From: Vicinamibacterales bacterium
GTDB taxonomy: Bacteria > Acidobacteriota > Vicinamibacteria > Vicinamibacterales > UBA2999
Length of the DNA: 64,000 nucleotides
NCBI GenBank assembly: GCA_050250955.1
Contig: JBFWNR010000006.1
Span: forward strand, 54,716 to 118,715
Direction of reading: 5' to 3'
Part shown: piece by piece, positions 16,711 through 25,344 of the stretch
How the letters are laid out: every line of letters begins with the position of its first letter
Position numbering within the stretch: the first letter of the stretch is position 1
Notes under the pieces: generated by a model
What the model was told of the DNA's origin: nothing
Databases searched by the model: none
What the model saw: the letters and a program-made list of their open reading frames with translations, nothing else
Made by a program: the position numbers and the translations under genes

Positions 16711-18665
16711 GCCGGGACCTCGCGTCCGGCGAGCCGCCGCGGATCGGGCACGACCAGCGGCAGCTCCATCCGCGCCACGGTGACGCCGCGCGCCTGGTCA
16801 CGGGTCAGCGCGAACGTGGCGTCGTCGCCGAAGTGGCCGCGCAGGCGGTCGCGGACGCTGCGCAGGCCGAACTGCTCGCCGGCCGGCCGCGGTGCAGCCG
16901 GGCGAGCGGCCGCCTGATCCGGGCCGGGGCCGTTGTCGACGACCTCGACCAGCAGCCGGCCGCCGGCGGCGCGGGCGACGATGTCGAGCGTGCCGTGGCC
17001 GCGCAGTTGCGCGATGCCGTGCTTGACGGCGTTCTCGACCAGCGTGTGCACGAGCATCGTCGGCACCAGCGCCCGCCCGGCCTCGGTCTCGACGTCGAGG
17101 CGATAGCGCAGCCGCGACCCGAACCGCGCCTCCTCGACGTCGAGATAGGCGGCGGCGAACGCCAGTTCCTGGTCGAGCGGCGCCCACTCGCTTTCGGAGC
17201 GGCGCAGGGTGTGGCGAAACACCTCGGAGAGCTGTTCGACGGCCCGGTCGGCCCGGGCCGGATCCGAGTGGATGAGCGATGCGACGGTGTTCAGGGCGTT
17301 GAAGAGGAAGTGCGGGTTGATCTGCGCCCGCAGGGCCTTCAGCTCCGACTGGCTCGACTGGACGCGCAGTTCGCGGGCCAGCCGGTCCTGTTCCTGGCGG
17401 CGCGCCTGCAGCCGGACGTTCTCGACCAGGTAGGTGACCACCGAGCCGAGCGACCGCAGCAGCCGCAAATCCTCGCTGAGCAGGATGCGCTCGCCCTGCA
17501 CCGACGGCACGCTGACCCAGATGCTCGGGTCGGCGGCCGTGCCTTCGACCTCGAAGGCGACCCGCGTGTCGGCCGACGACGGCGGCGGCGTGGTGGAGAG
17601 CCTGACGGTCACGCCGAGCACGTCGGAGAGACTCGCTTCGGCGGCGGCGAAGAGCGCCGGCTCGTCGGTGGCGCCCTGGATCGCCGCCAGCACCGCGGTG
17701 ACCGCCGTCACCGGCGTGTAGTGGCGGCCGAACCAGGCGCGATCGAGCCGCTCGCCGAGCCGCGCCGCCAGCCACGGCGTGACCAGCAGCAGCGGCACCA
17801 GGGTGAGCGCGTACAGCCACGGGCGCGACGGCCCGGCCGGCAGCGCGTCGAGCCACGGCAGCAGCAGCGCGAACGCGCCGCCGAGCACCAGCACCGCGGC
17901 CACCAGCAGCGCGCCCCGCTTCACCACCAGGTCGTAGAACTCGAAGCGGTTCTCGTAGAAGGTCGTCGCCGAGAGGAACAGCAGCGGCGTCACACCCATC
18001 AGCCGGTTGATCTGCGCCACCGACGGCGTGGTGCCCGAGAAGACCAGCACCAGGTTGAGGCCGATGAGTGCCGCGAACAGGCCGTTCAGCACCCGGCGCA
18101 TCCGGCGATGCTCGGGGGCGAGCGAGGCGCGCGGATTGCGATTCATCACCACCGCGGAATAGATCCCGGCGGCGGTGAACAGCGCGGCGATCGTGCCGCC
18201 GATCCAGGCACCGGCGGCCGGGACGTCGACGAGGTCGAACACCACCGCCAGCGACGCCGCCATCGCCGCCGGCGCGACGACATACATGGCCCCCAGCACG
18301 CCGCTGCCCCAGGCGCGGGCCCGGCCGGTCCACTCCGGCACGTGGGCCTCGAGGTACATGGTGTGGACGATGAGCGGCGGGAAGCCGAAGACCAGCACCA
18401 GCTGCAGGACGTCGAGCAGGTTGCGGCGCGGTCCGCTCAGGAACTCGTCGAACAGGTCGATCGCCAGGACCACGAACCAGATCGCCGACCACAGGAACAT
18501 CGCCACGCTGGCGCGGTCGAGCCGCGGCCGCACCGGCGAGCCGTGGTGGCGGTGCGGCGCCCACACCGGAGTGGCCTGGCGCAGCGACAGCACCAGCGCC
18601 GAGCCGTAGGCGAAGGCGCCGAGGACGTAGACGAGCAGGAACGCGATGCCGGCGGCGGAAGCCAT
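16707..18665 (-). CDS. LytS-type sensor histidine kinase (polytopic N-terminus, His_kinase + HATPase_c)
   Basis: ATG 18665 gives 652 aa. About 10 TM segments precede the H-box LRAQINPHFLFNALN and the ATPase motifs (LVENAVKHG, VVDNGPG). The 1510-aa ORF in the track is an artefact upstream of this ATG. Confidence 0.9.
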   Translation of the reverse strand: MASAAGIAFLLVYVLGAFAYGSALVLSLRQATPVWAPHRHHGSPVRPRLDRASVAMFLWSAIWFVVLAIDLFDEFLSGPRRNLLDVLQLVLVFGFPPLIVHTMYLEAHVPEWTGRARAWGSGVLGAMYVVAPAAMAASLAVVFDLVDVPAAGAWIGGTIAALFTAAGIYSAVVMNRNPRASLAPEHRRMRRVLNGLFAALIGLNLVLVFSGTTPSVAQINRLMGVTPLLFLSATTFYENRFEFYDLVVKRGALLVAAVLVLGGAFALLLPWLDALPAGPSRPWLYALTLVPLLLVTPWLAARLGERLDRAWFGRHYTPVTAVTAVLAAIQGATDEPALFAAAEASLSDVLGVTVRLSTTPPPSSADTRVAFEVEGTAADPSIWVSVPSVQGERILLSEDLRLLRSLGSVVTYLVENVRLQARRQEQDRLARELRVQSSQSELKALRAQINPHFLFNALNTVASLIHSDPARADRAVEQLSEVFRHTLRRSESEWAPLDQELAFAAAYLDVEEARFGSRLRYRLDVETEAGRALVPTMLVHTLVENAVKHGIAQLRGHGTLDIVARAAGGRLLVEVVDNGPGPDQAAARPAAPRPAGEQFGLRSVRDRLRGHFGDDATFALTRDQARGVTVARMELPLVVPDPRRLAGREVPA

Positions 18666-18784
18666 GCGCTGACACCGGAGGATACGCCGGCCGGCGGCCG
18701 GCGGCCCGGCGGGCGGCGTCGGGTGGCCCGCTGGCGGGATCGAGCGGCAGCCCGGTGGCGACGGCCGGCCGCGCCGAAGCCGAT

Positions 18785-20095
18785 TCAGGGCACGTCGACG
18801 ACCAGCTCGGCCGAGGCGGCCCCGGTGCCGGTGGCGTTCACCCCGCGCACCCGCACGTAGTAGCGGCCCGCCGGGGCGCCGGGCACGCTCACGGCCGGCG
18901 TCGGTCCGAGCGCGAAGGTCGCAAGATCGGTGAGGCCGGGAGCGGAGCCGACCTCGAGCGTGAACGTCGTCGCGAGCGGCGAGTGCGATGGCACCGTCCA
19001 CGACAGGTCGACCGCGCTGCCGGTGACGGCGGCCGTGAGGGTGGGGGCGAGCGGCGGGAATGCCACGCCGAAGAAGCCCGGGAAGAGCGTGCCGGACGAC
19101 TGCAGAATCGAGCCGCTCGTGGCGTCGTAGCGAGTCAGCTGGCCGAAGCCGAGGCGGTGGCGCGAGGTCATGAACACCTCGCGGCCGTCGGCGCTGAAGA
19201 CCGCTTCGCCCGGGAGGTTCACCGGCAGCGCGGGGCCGAAGCCGAGCGAGCCGACGTCGATGATCGTCGCCCATCCGATGATGCTGAAGGGGATCGTCGT
19301 CGCATGGGTGCAGGTGACCAGGGCGGTGGACCGGTCGGGCGTCATGGCCGCGAGTCTGCAGAAGGCGCCGGCGGGCACGGCAGGCATGGTGCTGGCGTCG
19401 GTCCCTCCCGTCGACGCATCGACCAGCGCCACGTGGGCCATGGCGGCTGCGTCGGTGCGCACCACCAGCAACTGCGAGGTGCCGCGGGCGAAGCGCACGC
19501 TTCGTACGGTGTTGGTGGGGTCTGGTGGCAGCGTCCGCACCGACTGGCCCGTCGCCGCGTCGAGCACGTGCACCTCGCCGGACTGGCACAGCGTGACCAG
19601 CGCCGTGCCATCGGCCGACAGGTCCAGGGACATGGTGTTGCGTGGTGGGCACCCGCCGCCGACGTGCAGTCCGCCGCCGTCCAGCCGCGCCACCGACCCC
19701 GTGGTCCGCATGCCGTCGGACTGGATGGCGACCAGACCGAAGACGGCGGCGTCGGTTGGATGCGCGATCCAGGGGACGAAGTCGGTCGCCACCAGGAGTT
19801 CGGCGCCGCTGCGAACGTGCCGCACGACCAGGGGCGGAGTCGCCGGCCCGGTGAACGATCTCCGGAACACCGCGTACTCGCCGTCGGCCGTGAACACCGG
19901 CGTGACGATCATCCGGTCGAACTCGGTCCACTCGACGACGCCCGCTCCCAGATCGATCGATTGCGTCACGGAGACGTTCGCGTCCGCAGCCGGTGCATAG
20001 GTGAACAGCAGGCGCTGCGCGGCGGCCGGCGACACCACCATGACGAGCAGGCCGAGCACGATGAGCCGCGCGGCGAGGACACGTGTCGTCGGCAT
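18785..20095 (-). CDS. exported beta-propeller-like repeat protein with C-terminal FN3-like domain
   Basis: ATG 20095 is followed by a signal peptide (LIVLGLLVMVVSPAAAQ). The C-terminus LSWTVPSHSPLATTFTLEVGSAPGLTD...GRYYVRVRGVNATGTGAASAELVVDVP is paralogous to the product of 2-943. Confidence 0.75.
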   Translation of the reverse strand: MPTTRVLAARLIVLGLLVMVVSPAAAQRLLFTYAPAADANVSVTQSIDLGAGVVEWTEFDRMIVTPVFTADGEYAVFRRSFTGPATPPLVVRHVRSGAELLVATDFVPWIAHPTDAAVFGLVAIQSDGMRTTGSVARLDGGGLHVGGGCPPRNTMSLDLSADGTALVTLCQSGEVHVLDAATGQSVRTLPPDPTNTVRSVRFARGTSQLLVVRTDAAAMAHVALVDASTGGTDASTMPAVPAGAFCRLAAMTPDRSTALVTCTHATTIPFSIIGWATIIDVGSLGFGPALPVNLPGEAVFSADGREVFMTSRHRLGFGQLTRYDATSGSILQSSGTLFPGFFGVAFPPLAPTLTAAVTGSAVDLSWTVPSHSPLATTFTLEVGSAPGLTDLATFALGPTPAVSVPGAPAGRYYVRVRGVNATGTGAASAELVVDVP

Positions 20096-20180
20096 GTGAA
20101 CTCTCTGGGGGGGTGTTCGGAGTGTACTGCGGTGCGCTTCGGGGGTGTCGTCCAACCGCGCGATCAAGAATGGCTGCGAC

Positions 20181-21125
20181 ATGGCCCCCACGAGCGCGCC
20201 GCTGCGCCTCGACCGCGTGCCCGCCGCCCCGCTGACCCGCTTCGCGCCGGCGCCGACCGGCCACCTGCACCTCGGCCACGTCGTCAACGCGATCGTCGTG
20301 TGGGGCGTGGCCCGGGCCCGCGGCGGGCGCGTGCTGCTGCGCATCGAAGACCACGACCGCCAGCGCTGCCGACCCGAGTACGAGACGTCGATCCTCGATG
20401 ATCTCGACTGGCTCGGCTTGGCGCCCGATGTCCACCCGACGGCCGGGTTCCGGGCCGGCCGCTCGGCCGGCCGCCAGTCGGATCGCGAGGCCGTCTATCG
20501 CGGCGCGCTCGCCGACCTGGCGTCGCGTGGCCTCGTCTACGCCTGCCGGTGCACCCGGCGCGAGATCGAGGCGGCCGGTGGCGACGGCGACCAGCGGCGC
20601 TATCCGGGCACCTGCCGGACCCTCGGGCTGCCGCTCGAGGACGGCGTCGGCTGGCGGCTGGTGGTCGAGCCGGGCGAGGAGCGTTTCGACGACGTCGTCC
20701 ACGGTCCCTTGCGCCAGGACCCGTCGGCACAGTGCGGCGATCTGCTGCTCCGCGACCGGCTCGGCAACTGGACCTACCAGTTCGCCGTCACCGTGGACGA
20801 CACGCTGCAGCGCGTCGACCTGGTGGTGCGTGGCGACGACCTGGTCGCCTCCACCGGCCGCCAGATCCGGCTGGCGCGGCTGCTCGGTCGGGTCACGCCG
20901 CCGGTCTTCCTGCACCATCCGCTGGTGATGAAGTCGGCGACGCAGAAGCTCAGCAAGAGCGACGGCGACACCGCGGTGCGCGACCTGCGGGCAGCCGGCT
21001 GGACGCCGCCGCAGGTGCTGGCCGCCGCGGCGCACGCCGTGGGGCTGGTCCCGACGCTCCGTGAGATCACGCTCGACGAGGTCCCGGCGATCGTCGTTTC
21101 TGCCACAAGGCTGGCCCCGCCCTGA
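20181..21125 (+). CDS. gluQ: glutamyl-Q tRNA(Asp) synthetase
   Basis: This is a truncated GluRS catalytic core of ~315 aa with no anticodon-binding domain. It has RFAPAPTGHLHLGH (HIGH), RIEDHD and KLSKSDG (KMSKS). Confidence 0.9.
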   Translation: MAPTSAPLRLDRVPAAPLTRFAPAPTGHLHLGHVVNAIVVWGVARARGGRVLLRIEDHDRQRCRPEYETSILDDLDWLGLAPDVHPTAGFRAGRSAGRQSDREAVYRGALADLASRGLVYACRCTRREIEAAGGDGDQRRYPGTCRTLGLPLEDGVGWRLVVEPGEERFDDVVHGPLRQDPSAQCGDLLLRDRLGNWTYQFAVTVDDTLQRVDLVVRGDDLVASTGRQIRLARLLGRVTPPVFLHHPLVMKSATQKLSKSDGDTAVRDLRAAGWTPPQVLAAAAHAVGLVPTLREITLDEVPAIVVSATRLAPP

Positions 21126-21128
21126 CAG

Positions 21129-21175
21129 GTGTCTGACCCCAATTCTGGGCCTGGGCAGAAAGGGGTCTGACCCCT
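21129..21175. repeat. ~50-nt dispersed element ending in the palindrome GGGGTCTGACCCC (copy A, intergenic)
   Basis: GTGTCTGACCCCAATTCTGGGCCTGGGCAGAAAGGGGTCTGACCCCT aligns with 30948-30999. Confidence 0.7.
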
Positions 21176-21210
21176 GCGACACGTGAGGTGTGAGACGATC
21201 GGCGGGTCTC

Positions 21211-21534
21211 GTGACGGCCCTCCTCACGGTGCGCCGCACCGCCCCCGACGACGTCCAGGACCGCCAGGTCTACCTGTCCCTCGACGGCGAGGACTGGGTG
21301 ACCTTGCTCTACGGGCAGGAGGTGTCGCGCGAACTGACCCCCGGCCGGCACGTCCTCAAGGCCAACAACACGCTGGTGCGCAAGTCGGTCGCCTTCGAGG
21401 TCCAGCCGGGCGCGCAGGTGCGGTTCCAGTGCGTCAACAAGGCGCACTGGAGCGGCATGCTCTTCATGGCGTTCCTGGGCGCCGCGGTGCTCACGGTGCG
21501 GCTCGAGCGTGAGACCACCGAGCCGCCGCGGTGA
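21211..21534 (+). CDS. small hypothetical protein with C-terminal TM segment
   Basis: Third-position bias looks coding and a GTG lies at 21211 (or 21190). I recognise no family. The TM segment is WSGMLFMAFLGAAVLTV. Confidence 0.45.
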   Translation: MTALLTVRRTAPDDVQDRQVYLSLDGEDWVTLLYGQEVSRELTPGRHVLKANNTLVRKSVAFEVQPGAQVRFQCVNKAHWSGMLFMAFLGAAVLTVRLERETTEPPR

Positions 21535-21547
21535 GGTCGCCCACGCC

Positions 21548-22927
21548 ATGCAGGACCTGACCACCGGCCCGATTCTCCGCCACCTGGTGAGCACCGGCGG
21601 GTTCATGTTGTTCACCATGGCCTTCCAGACCCTGTACTTCCTGGCCGACCTGTACTGGATGGGGCGCCTGGGCAAGGAGGCCGTCGCCGCCGTCGGCGTG
21701 TCGGGCAACCTGATGTTCGTCGTGCTGGCCCTGACCCAGATGCTGGGCGTCGGCACGACCACGCTGGTGGCGCACGCGGCCGGGCGGAAGGACACCGACG
21801 CGGCGCGGCGGGTGTTCAACCAGGCGCAGGGGCTGTCGATGCTCGCCGGCGTGCTCTTCCTGGTCGCCGGTCTGGCCCTCACGCCGTCCTACGCCGCGGC
21901 GTTCGCCGCCGACAGGGCCACGGCGGCGCTCGTGCGCCAGTTCCTGTGGTGGTTCGTGCCGGCGATGGCGCTCCAGTTCGCGATGGTGGCGCTCGCGGCG
22001 GCGCTGCGCGGTATCGGCGACTTCAAACCCGGGATGGTCGTGCAGTCGGCCACCGTGGCCCTGAACATCGCGCTGGCCCCGGTGCTGATCTTCGGCTGGG
22101 GGACCGGGATCCCGCTGGGCGTCGGGGGCGCCGGGGCGGCGTCGCTGGTGGCCGTCGTGGTGGGCGTGGTCTGGCTGTCCCGCTACGTCGAGCGGCCGGG
22201 CTCGTTCCTGCACTTCCGCCGCGCCGAGATGCCGCCTGACGCCGCCGTCTGGAAGCGGCTGCTCGGCATCGGCCTGCCGGCCGGCGTCGAGTTCGCGCTG
22301 ATCGCGGTCTACATGGGCATCGTCTACGCGGTGAGCCGGCCGTTCGGCGCCGCCGCGCAGGCCGGTTTCGGGATCGGCCAGCGGGTCGTGCAGGCCGGCT
22401 TCATGCCGATCGTGGCCCTCGCGTTCGCCGTGGCCCCGGTGGCCGGCCAGAACTTCGGCGCCCGCCTGGCGCCGCGCGTCCGCGAGACCTTCCGCGTCGC
22501 GGCCGTCATCACGGTGAGCGGAACCCTGGTGCTCGTGCTGCTGTGTCACCTGGCGCCGGCGGCGATGATCCGCGTTTTCAGCACCGACCCGGCGGTGGTC
22601 GCCGTCGGCGAAGAGTACCTGCGCATCGTGTCGTGGAATTTCGTGGCCAGCGGGCTGGTGTTCGTCATCTCCAGCATGTTCCAGGCGATGGGCAACACGA
22701 TGCCGTCGCTGCTGACCTCGACGGTCCGCGTGGCGGTCGTCGCCGTACCCGCGTTCGTGCTGGCCCGGAGGCCCGACTTCCGCCTGACCTGGATCTGGTA
22801 CCTGACGGTGCTGGCGGTCACGCTGCAGCTGGCGGTCAGCCTGTGGCTGCTCAACCGCGAGTTCGCCCGCCGGCTCGTCTTCGTGGTGCCGCCCGCCGCG
22901 GCGCCGGGCGCGCAGCCGGTGGTCTGA
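21548..22927 (+). CDS. MATE family efflux transporter
   Basis: ATG at 21548. The topology is 12 TM. The N-terminus is typical of MATE (GPILRHL.....P.M.......LY.L.D..W.G.LG..A.AAV). Confidence 0.9.
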   Translation: MQDLTTGPILRHLVSTGGFMLFTMAFQTLYFLADLYWMGRLGKEAVAAVGVSGNLMFVVLALTQMLGVGTTTLVAHAAGRKDTDAARRVFNQAQGLSMLAGVLFLVAGLALTPSYAAAFAADRATAALVRQFLWWFVPAMALQFAMVALAAALRGIGDFKPGMVVQSATVALNIALAPVLIFGWGTGIPLGVGGAGAASLVAVVVGVVWLSRYVERPGSFLHFRRAEMPPDAAVWKRLLGIGLPAGVEFALIAVYMGIVYAVSRPFGAAAQAGFGIGQRVVQAGFMPIVALAFAVAPVAGQNFGARLAPRVRETFRVAAVITVSGTLVLVLLCHLAPAAMIRVFSTDPAVVAVGEEYLRIVSWNFVASGLVFVISSMFQAMGNTMPSLLTSTVRVAVVAVPAFVLARRPDFRLTWIWYLTVLAVTLQLAVSLWLLNREFARRLVFVVPPAAAPGAQPVV

Positions 22928-23086
22928 ACCCGGCATCCGTCGGACGAAATTCGTGATCGAGTGTGCCGGAGTAGGACACCCTCGGCGACGTCTCCGGGCG
23001 GCCTGAAACCGGCGCGAGATCCTCGTTTCGGCCTGTAGATCCGGGCTCGAACTGGCCCTGGCCCTGCCTTTGCTATGAGGCCGGGC

Positions 23087-23683
23087 ATGGCAGAAACCGC
23101 CACTCGCTTCACGGCCTCCGGCGTCTCGGCGCGCCGGCCCGACGAGGCCGGCTTCACGCTGGCCGAGATGCTCGTCGTCGTGGCGCTCATCGCCATCGGC
23201 TCGGCGGTGACCATTCCCCTGACCATGGAGATGGTCAACCGCGCCAAGAACGACAGCTCGGTGGTCGTCGCCCAGACCTTCATCGACGCCGCCCGCGACC
23301 GTGCCGTCGCCGAGCGCCGCAACGTCGAACTGGAATTCACCGCACCCAACTGGCTGCGGATGTACCGCATCGAAGTGCCGACCAACGCCCGCACCCTGGT
23401 CGGCGAGATGCGCCTCGAGGGCGGCCAGGAATTCCGCAAGTTCCCGACCGTGAGCGACACCCCCGACGCCTTCGGCGCCTCCGGCGCCATTTCGTTCACC
23501 GGCACCATGCCGGTGATGTTCACCAGCGACGGCTCGCTCATCGACGCGCAGGGCGACGTCGTCAACGGCAGCGTGTTCTTCGGCGTGCCCGACCGGCCGG
23601 AGTCGGCGCGCGCGGTCACCGTCTTCGGCATCACCGGGATGATCCGCACCTGGAAATGGAGAGGCGCGCAATGGTTCGACTGA
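23087..23683 (+). CDS. prepilin-type minor pilin, GspH/FimT-like
   Basis: The prepilin N-methylation motif is G/FTLAEMLVVVALIAIGS, with Glu at +5. A GAGG RBS lies 6 nt upstream of ATG 23087. Confidence 0.8.
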   Translation: MAETATRFTASGVSARRPDEAGFTLAEMLVVVALIAIGSAVTIPLTMEMVNRAKNDSSVVVAQTFIDAARDRAVAERRNVELEFTAPNWLRMYRIEVPTNARTLVGEMRLEGGQEFRKFPTVSDTPDAFGASGAISFTGTMPVMFTSDGSLIDAQGDVVNGSVFFGVPDRPESARAVTVFGITGMIRTWKWRGAQWFD

Positions 23684-24192
23684 CCCCTCCCGTCGCCCCG
23701 CCCGCCGCGGCCCGCGGCGAGGACGGCTTCTCGTTCGTCGAGGTCATCGTCGCGATGGGCCTGCTCACCGCCGGCCTGCTGCCGCTGGTCGCGCTCTTCA
23801 CCGTCGGCGTGCAGCGGATGACGGCGTCGACGCCGATGCTCTTCGCCCGCGAGAAGGCCCGCGAGGCCATCGAGAGCGTGCACGCCGCCCGCGACACCGG
23901 CACGGCCTCGTGGGCGAGCATCCAGAACGTCACCGCCGGCGGTGTGTTCCTCAACAACGCCCAGCCGATCCGCCACCCCGGCAACGACGGCCTGGTGAAC
24001 ACCGGCGACGACGGCGCGATCGAGATCCCGGCCGCGGAGTTCACCCGCGAAATCCGCATCTCGCCGCTGACCAGCGAGATCACCGGCGCCATCGACCCCA
24101 ACCTGCGCGAAGTGCGCGTCACCGTGCGCTACAAGGTCTACGGCGCCTGGCGCGACTACGTGATGATCACCTACGTGTCGTCGTACTCCTAG
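23671..24192 (+). CDS. prepilin-type minor pilin, PilV/GspI-position
   Basis: The motif is G/FSFVEVIVAMGLL, with Glu at +5. GGAGAGG lies 6 nt upstream of ATG 23671. The gene overlaps the upstream gene end. Confidence 0.8.
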   Translation: MVRLTPPVAPPAAARGEDGFSFVEVIVAMGLLTAGLLPLVALFTVGVQRMTASTPMLFAREKAREAIESVHAARDTGTASWASIQNVTAGGVFLNNAQPIRHPGNDGLVNTGDDGAIEIPAAEFTREIRISPLTSEITGAIDPNLREVRVTVRYKVYGAWRDYVMITYVSSYS

Positions 24193-24211
24193 GCCCTCAG
24201 AGCGAACCGCC

Positions 24212-25309
24212 ATGCGATCCACGACCGCCACTCCGCTGCGCGACCAGGCCGGCTACTCGCTCGTCGAGCTGCTGGTCACCATGGGCATCTTCACGGTGAT
24301 CATGGGCGCCACCATGACCGGGCTGTCCGACATCATCAAGGGCAACGACACGGTCCTGCAGATGGCGAACATGAACAACACCGTGCGCGCCGGCATGGAC
24401 CTGATGGTGCGCGACCTGCTGCAGGTCGGCTCGGGCCTGCCCGGCTCGCACACCGTCACCATCCCGAGCGGCCTCGGCGCCACTCCCGTGCGCATCCCCG
24501 GCCCGCCGGGATCGAACTTCCAGACCGCGGTCGGCGACGAGACCCTGCCGGCGGTGATGCCGTTCCCGCGCCAGGGGCCGACCATCGGCGGCGTGCAGAC
24601 CGACGCGCTGTCGATGCTGATGGCCGACAACGCCTTCCTCGACGTCGCCTTGAGCAGCCTGAACAACGTCAGCGTCGTGGTGGTGCCGGGCACCAACCTG
24701 TCGACCGGCCCCGACCGGGTGACGCCCGGCCAGCTGATGCTCATCTCGAAGGGCTCGTTCAACACCCTGGTCCAGGTCACCGCCGTGGACCCCGGGTCGC
24801 GGCGCATCACCTTCGCCGACGGCGACTCGCTGAACCTCAACCAGTCGGGTGCCGGCCAGGGCAACCTGACGTTCCTGAACGCCCAGGCGCCGGTCAACAG
24901 CGCCGCCGCCACCCGGATCAGCCGCATCCGGATGATCAGCTACTACCTGGAAGACAGCACCGACGCCAACCACCCGCGCCTGGTGCGCCGGGTCAACAAC
25001 GGCGACCCGATGACCTTCGACAACACCCTCGGCACCGCCGTGGCCCTCGACGCCATCGACCTGCAGTTCGCCTTCGACGTCGTCAACGGCACCAACAACC
25101 CCGGCGACGTCGAGATGCTGCCGGCCGACCTCATCGGCACCGGCGCCTGCGCGCCCGATCCGTGCGGCCGCACCCAGGTGCGCAAGGTGAACGTGACGGT
25201 CACCGGCCGGTCGCAGAACCGGGTGATGCCGCGCAACGACTTCCTCGAGAACACGCTGGAGTCGCAGGTCAGCTTCCGCGGCATGGCGTTCGTGGACCAG
25301 TACCGCTAG
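24212..25309 (+). CDS. prepilin-type minor pilin, PilW/GspJ-position
   Basis: The motif is G/YSLVELLVTMGIF, with Glu at +5. The size (365 aa) and the C-terminal pattern (RISRIRMISYYL...LVRR) are PilW-like. Confidence 0.8.
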   Translation: MRSTTATPLRDQAGYSLVELLVTMGIFTVIMGATMTGLSDIIKGNDTVLQMANMNNTVRAGMDLMVRDLLQVGSGLPGSHTVTIPSGLGATPVRIPGPPGSNFQTAVGDETLPAVMPFPRQGPTIGGVQTDALSMLMADNAFLDVALSSLNNVSVVVVPGTNLSTGPDRVTPGQLMLISKGSFNTLVQVTAVDPGSRRITFADGDSLNLNQSGAGQGNLTFLNAQAPVNSAAATRISRIRMISYYLEDSTDANHPRLVRRVNNGDPMTFDNTLGTAVALDAIDLQFAFDVVNGTNNPGDVEMLPADLIGTGACAPDPCGRTQVRKVNVTVTGRSQNRVMPRNDFLENTLESQVSFRGMAFVDQYR

Positions 25310-25344
25310 GGCTCCCCGTGAGATCCCCTGAGACGAGGCACGCG

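Noticed and set aside
16707-21239. A 1510-aa ORF on the minus strand.
   Set aside because: Only the last 652 aa, from ATG 18665, look like a protein (the histidine kinase). The upstream part is Arg/Gly/Pro-rich. It runs through the separately supported 18785-20095 gene in another frame and antisense to gluQ. This is a typical high-GC open-frame artefact.
23059-23074. A sigma54-type promoter match, TGGCCC-N5-TTGCT, upstream of the pilin operon.
   Set aside because: The sequence match is good. However, the implied transcription start (about 23084-23085) lies downstream of the GAGG ribosome-binding site (23077-23080) and only 2-3 nt before ATG 23087. The geometry therefore conflicts with the most likely translation start. 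I kept it only as something to test, not as a feature.
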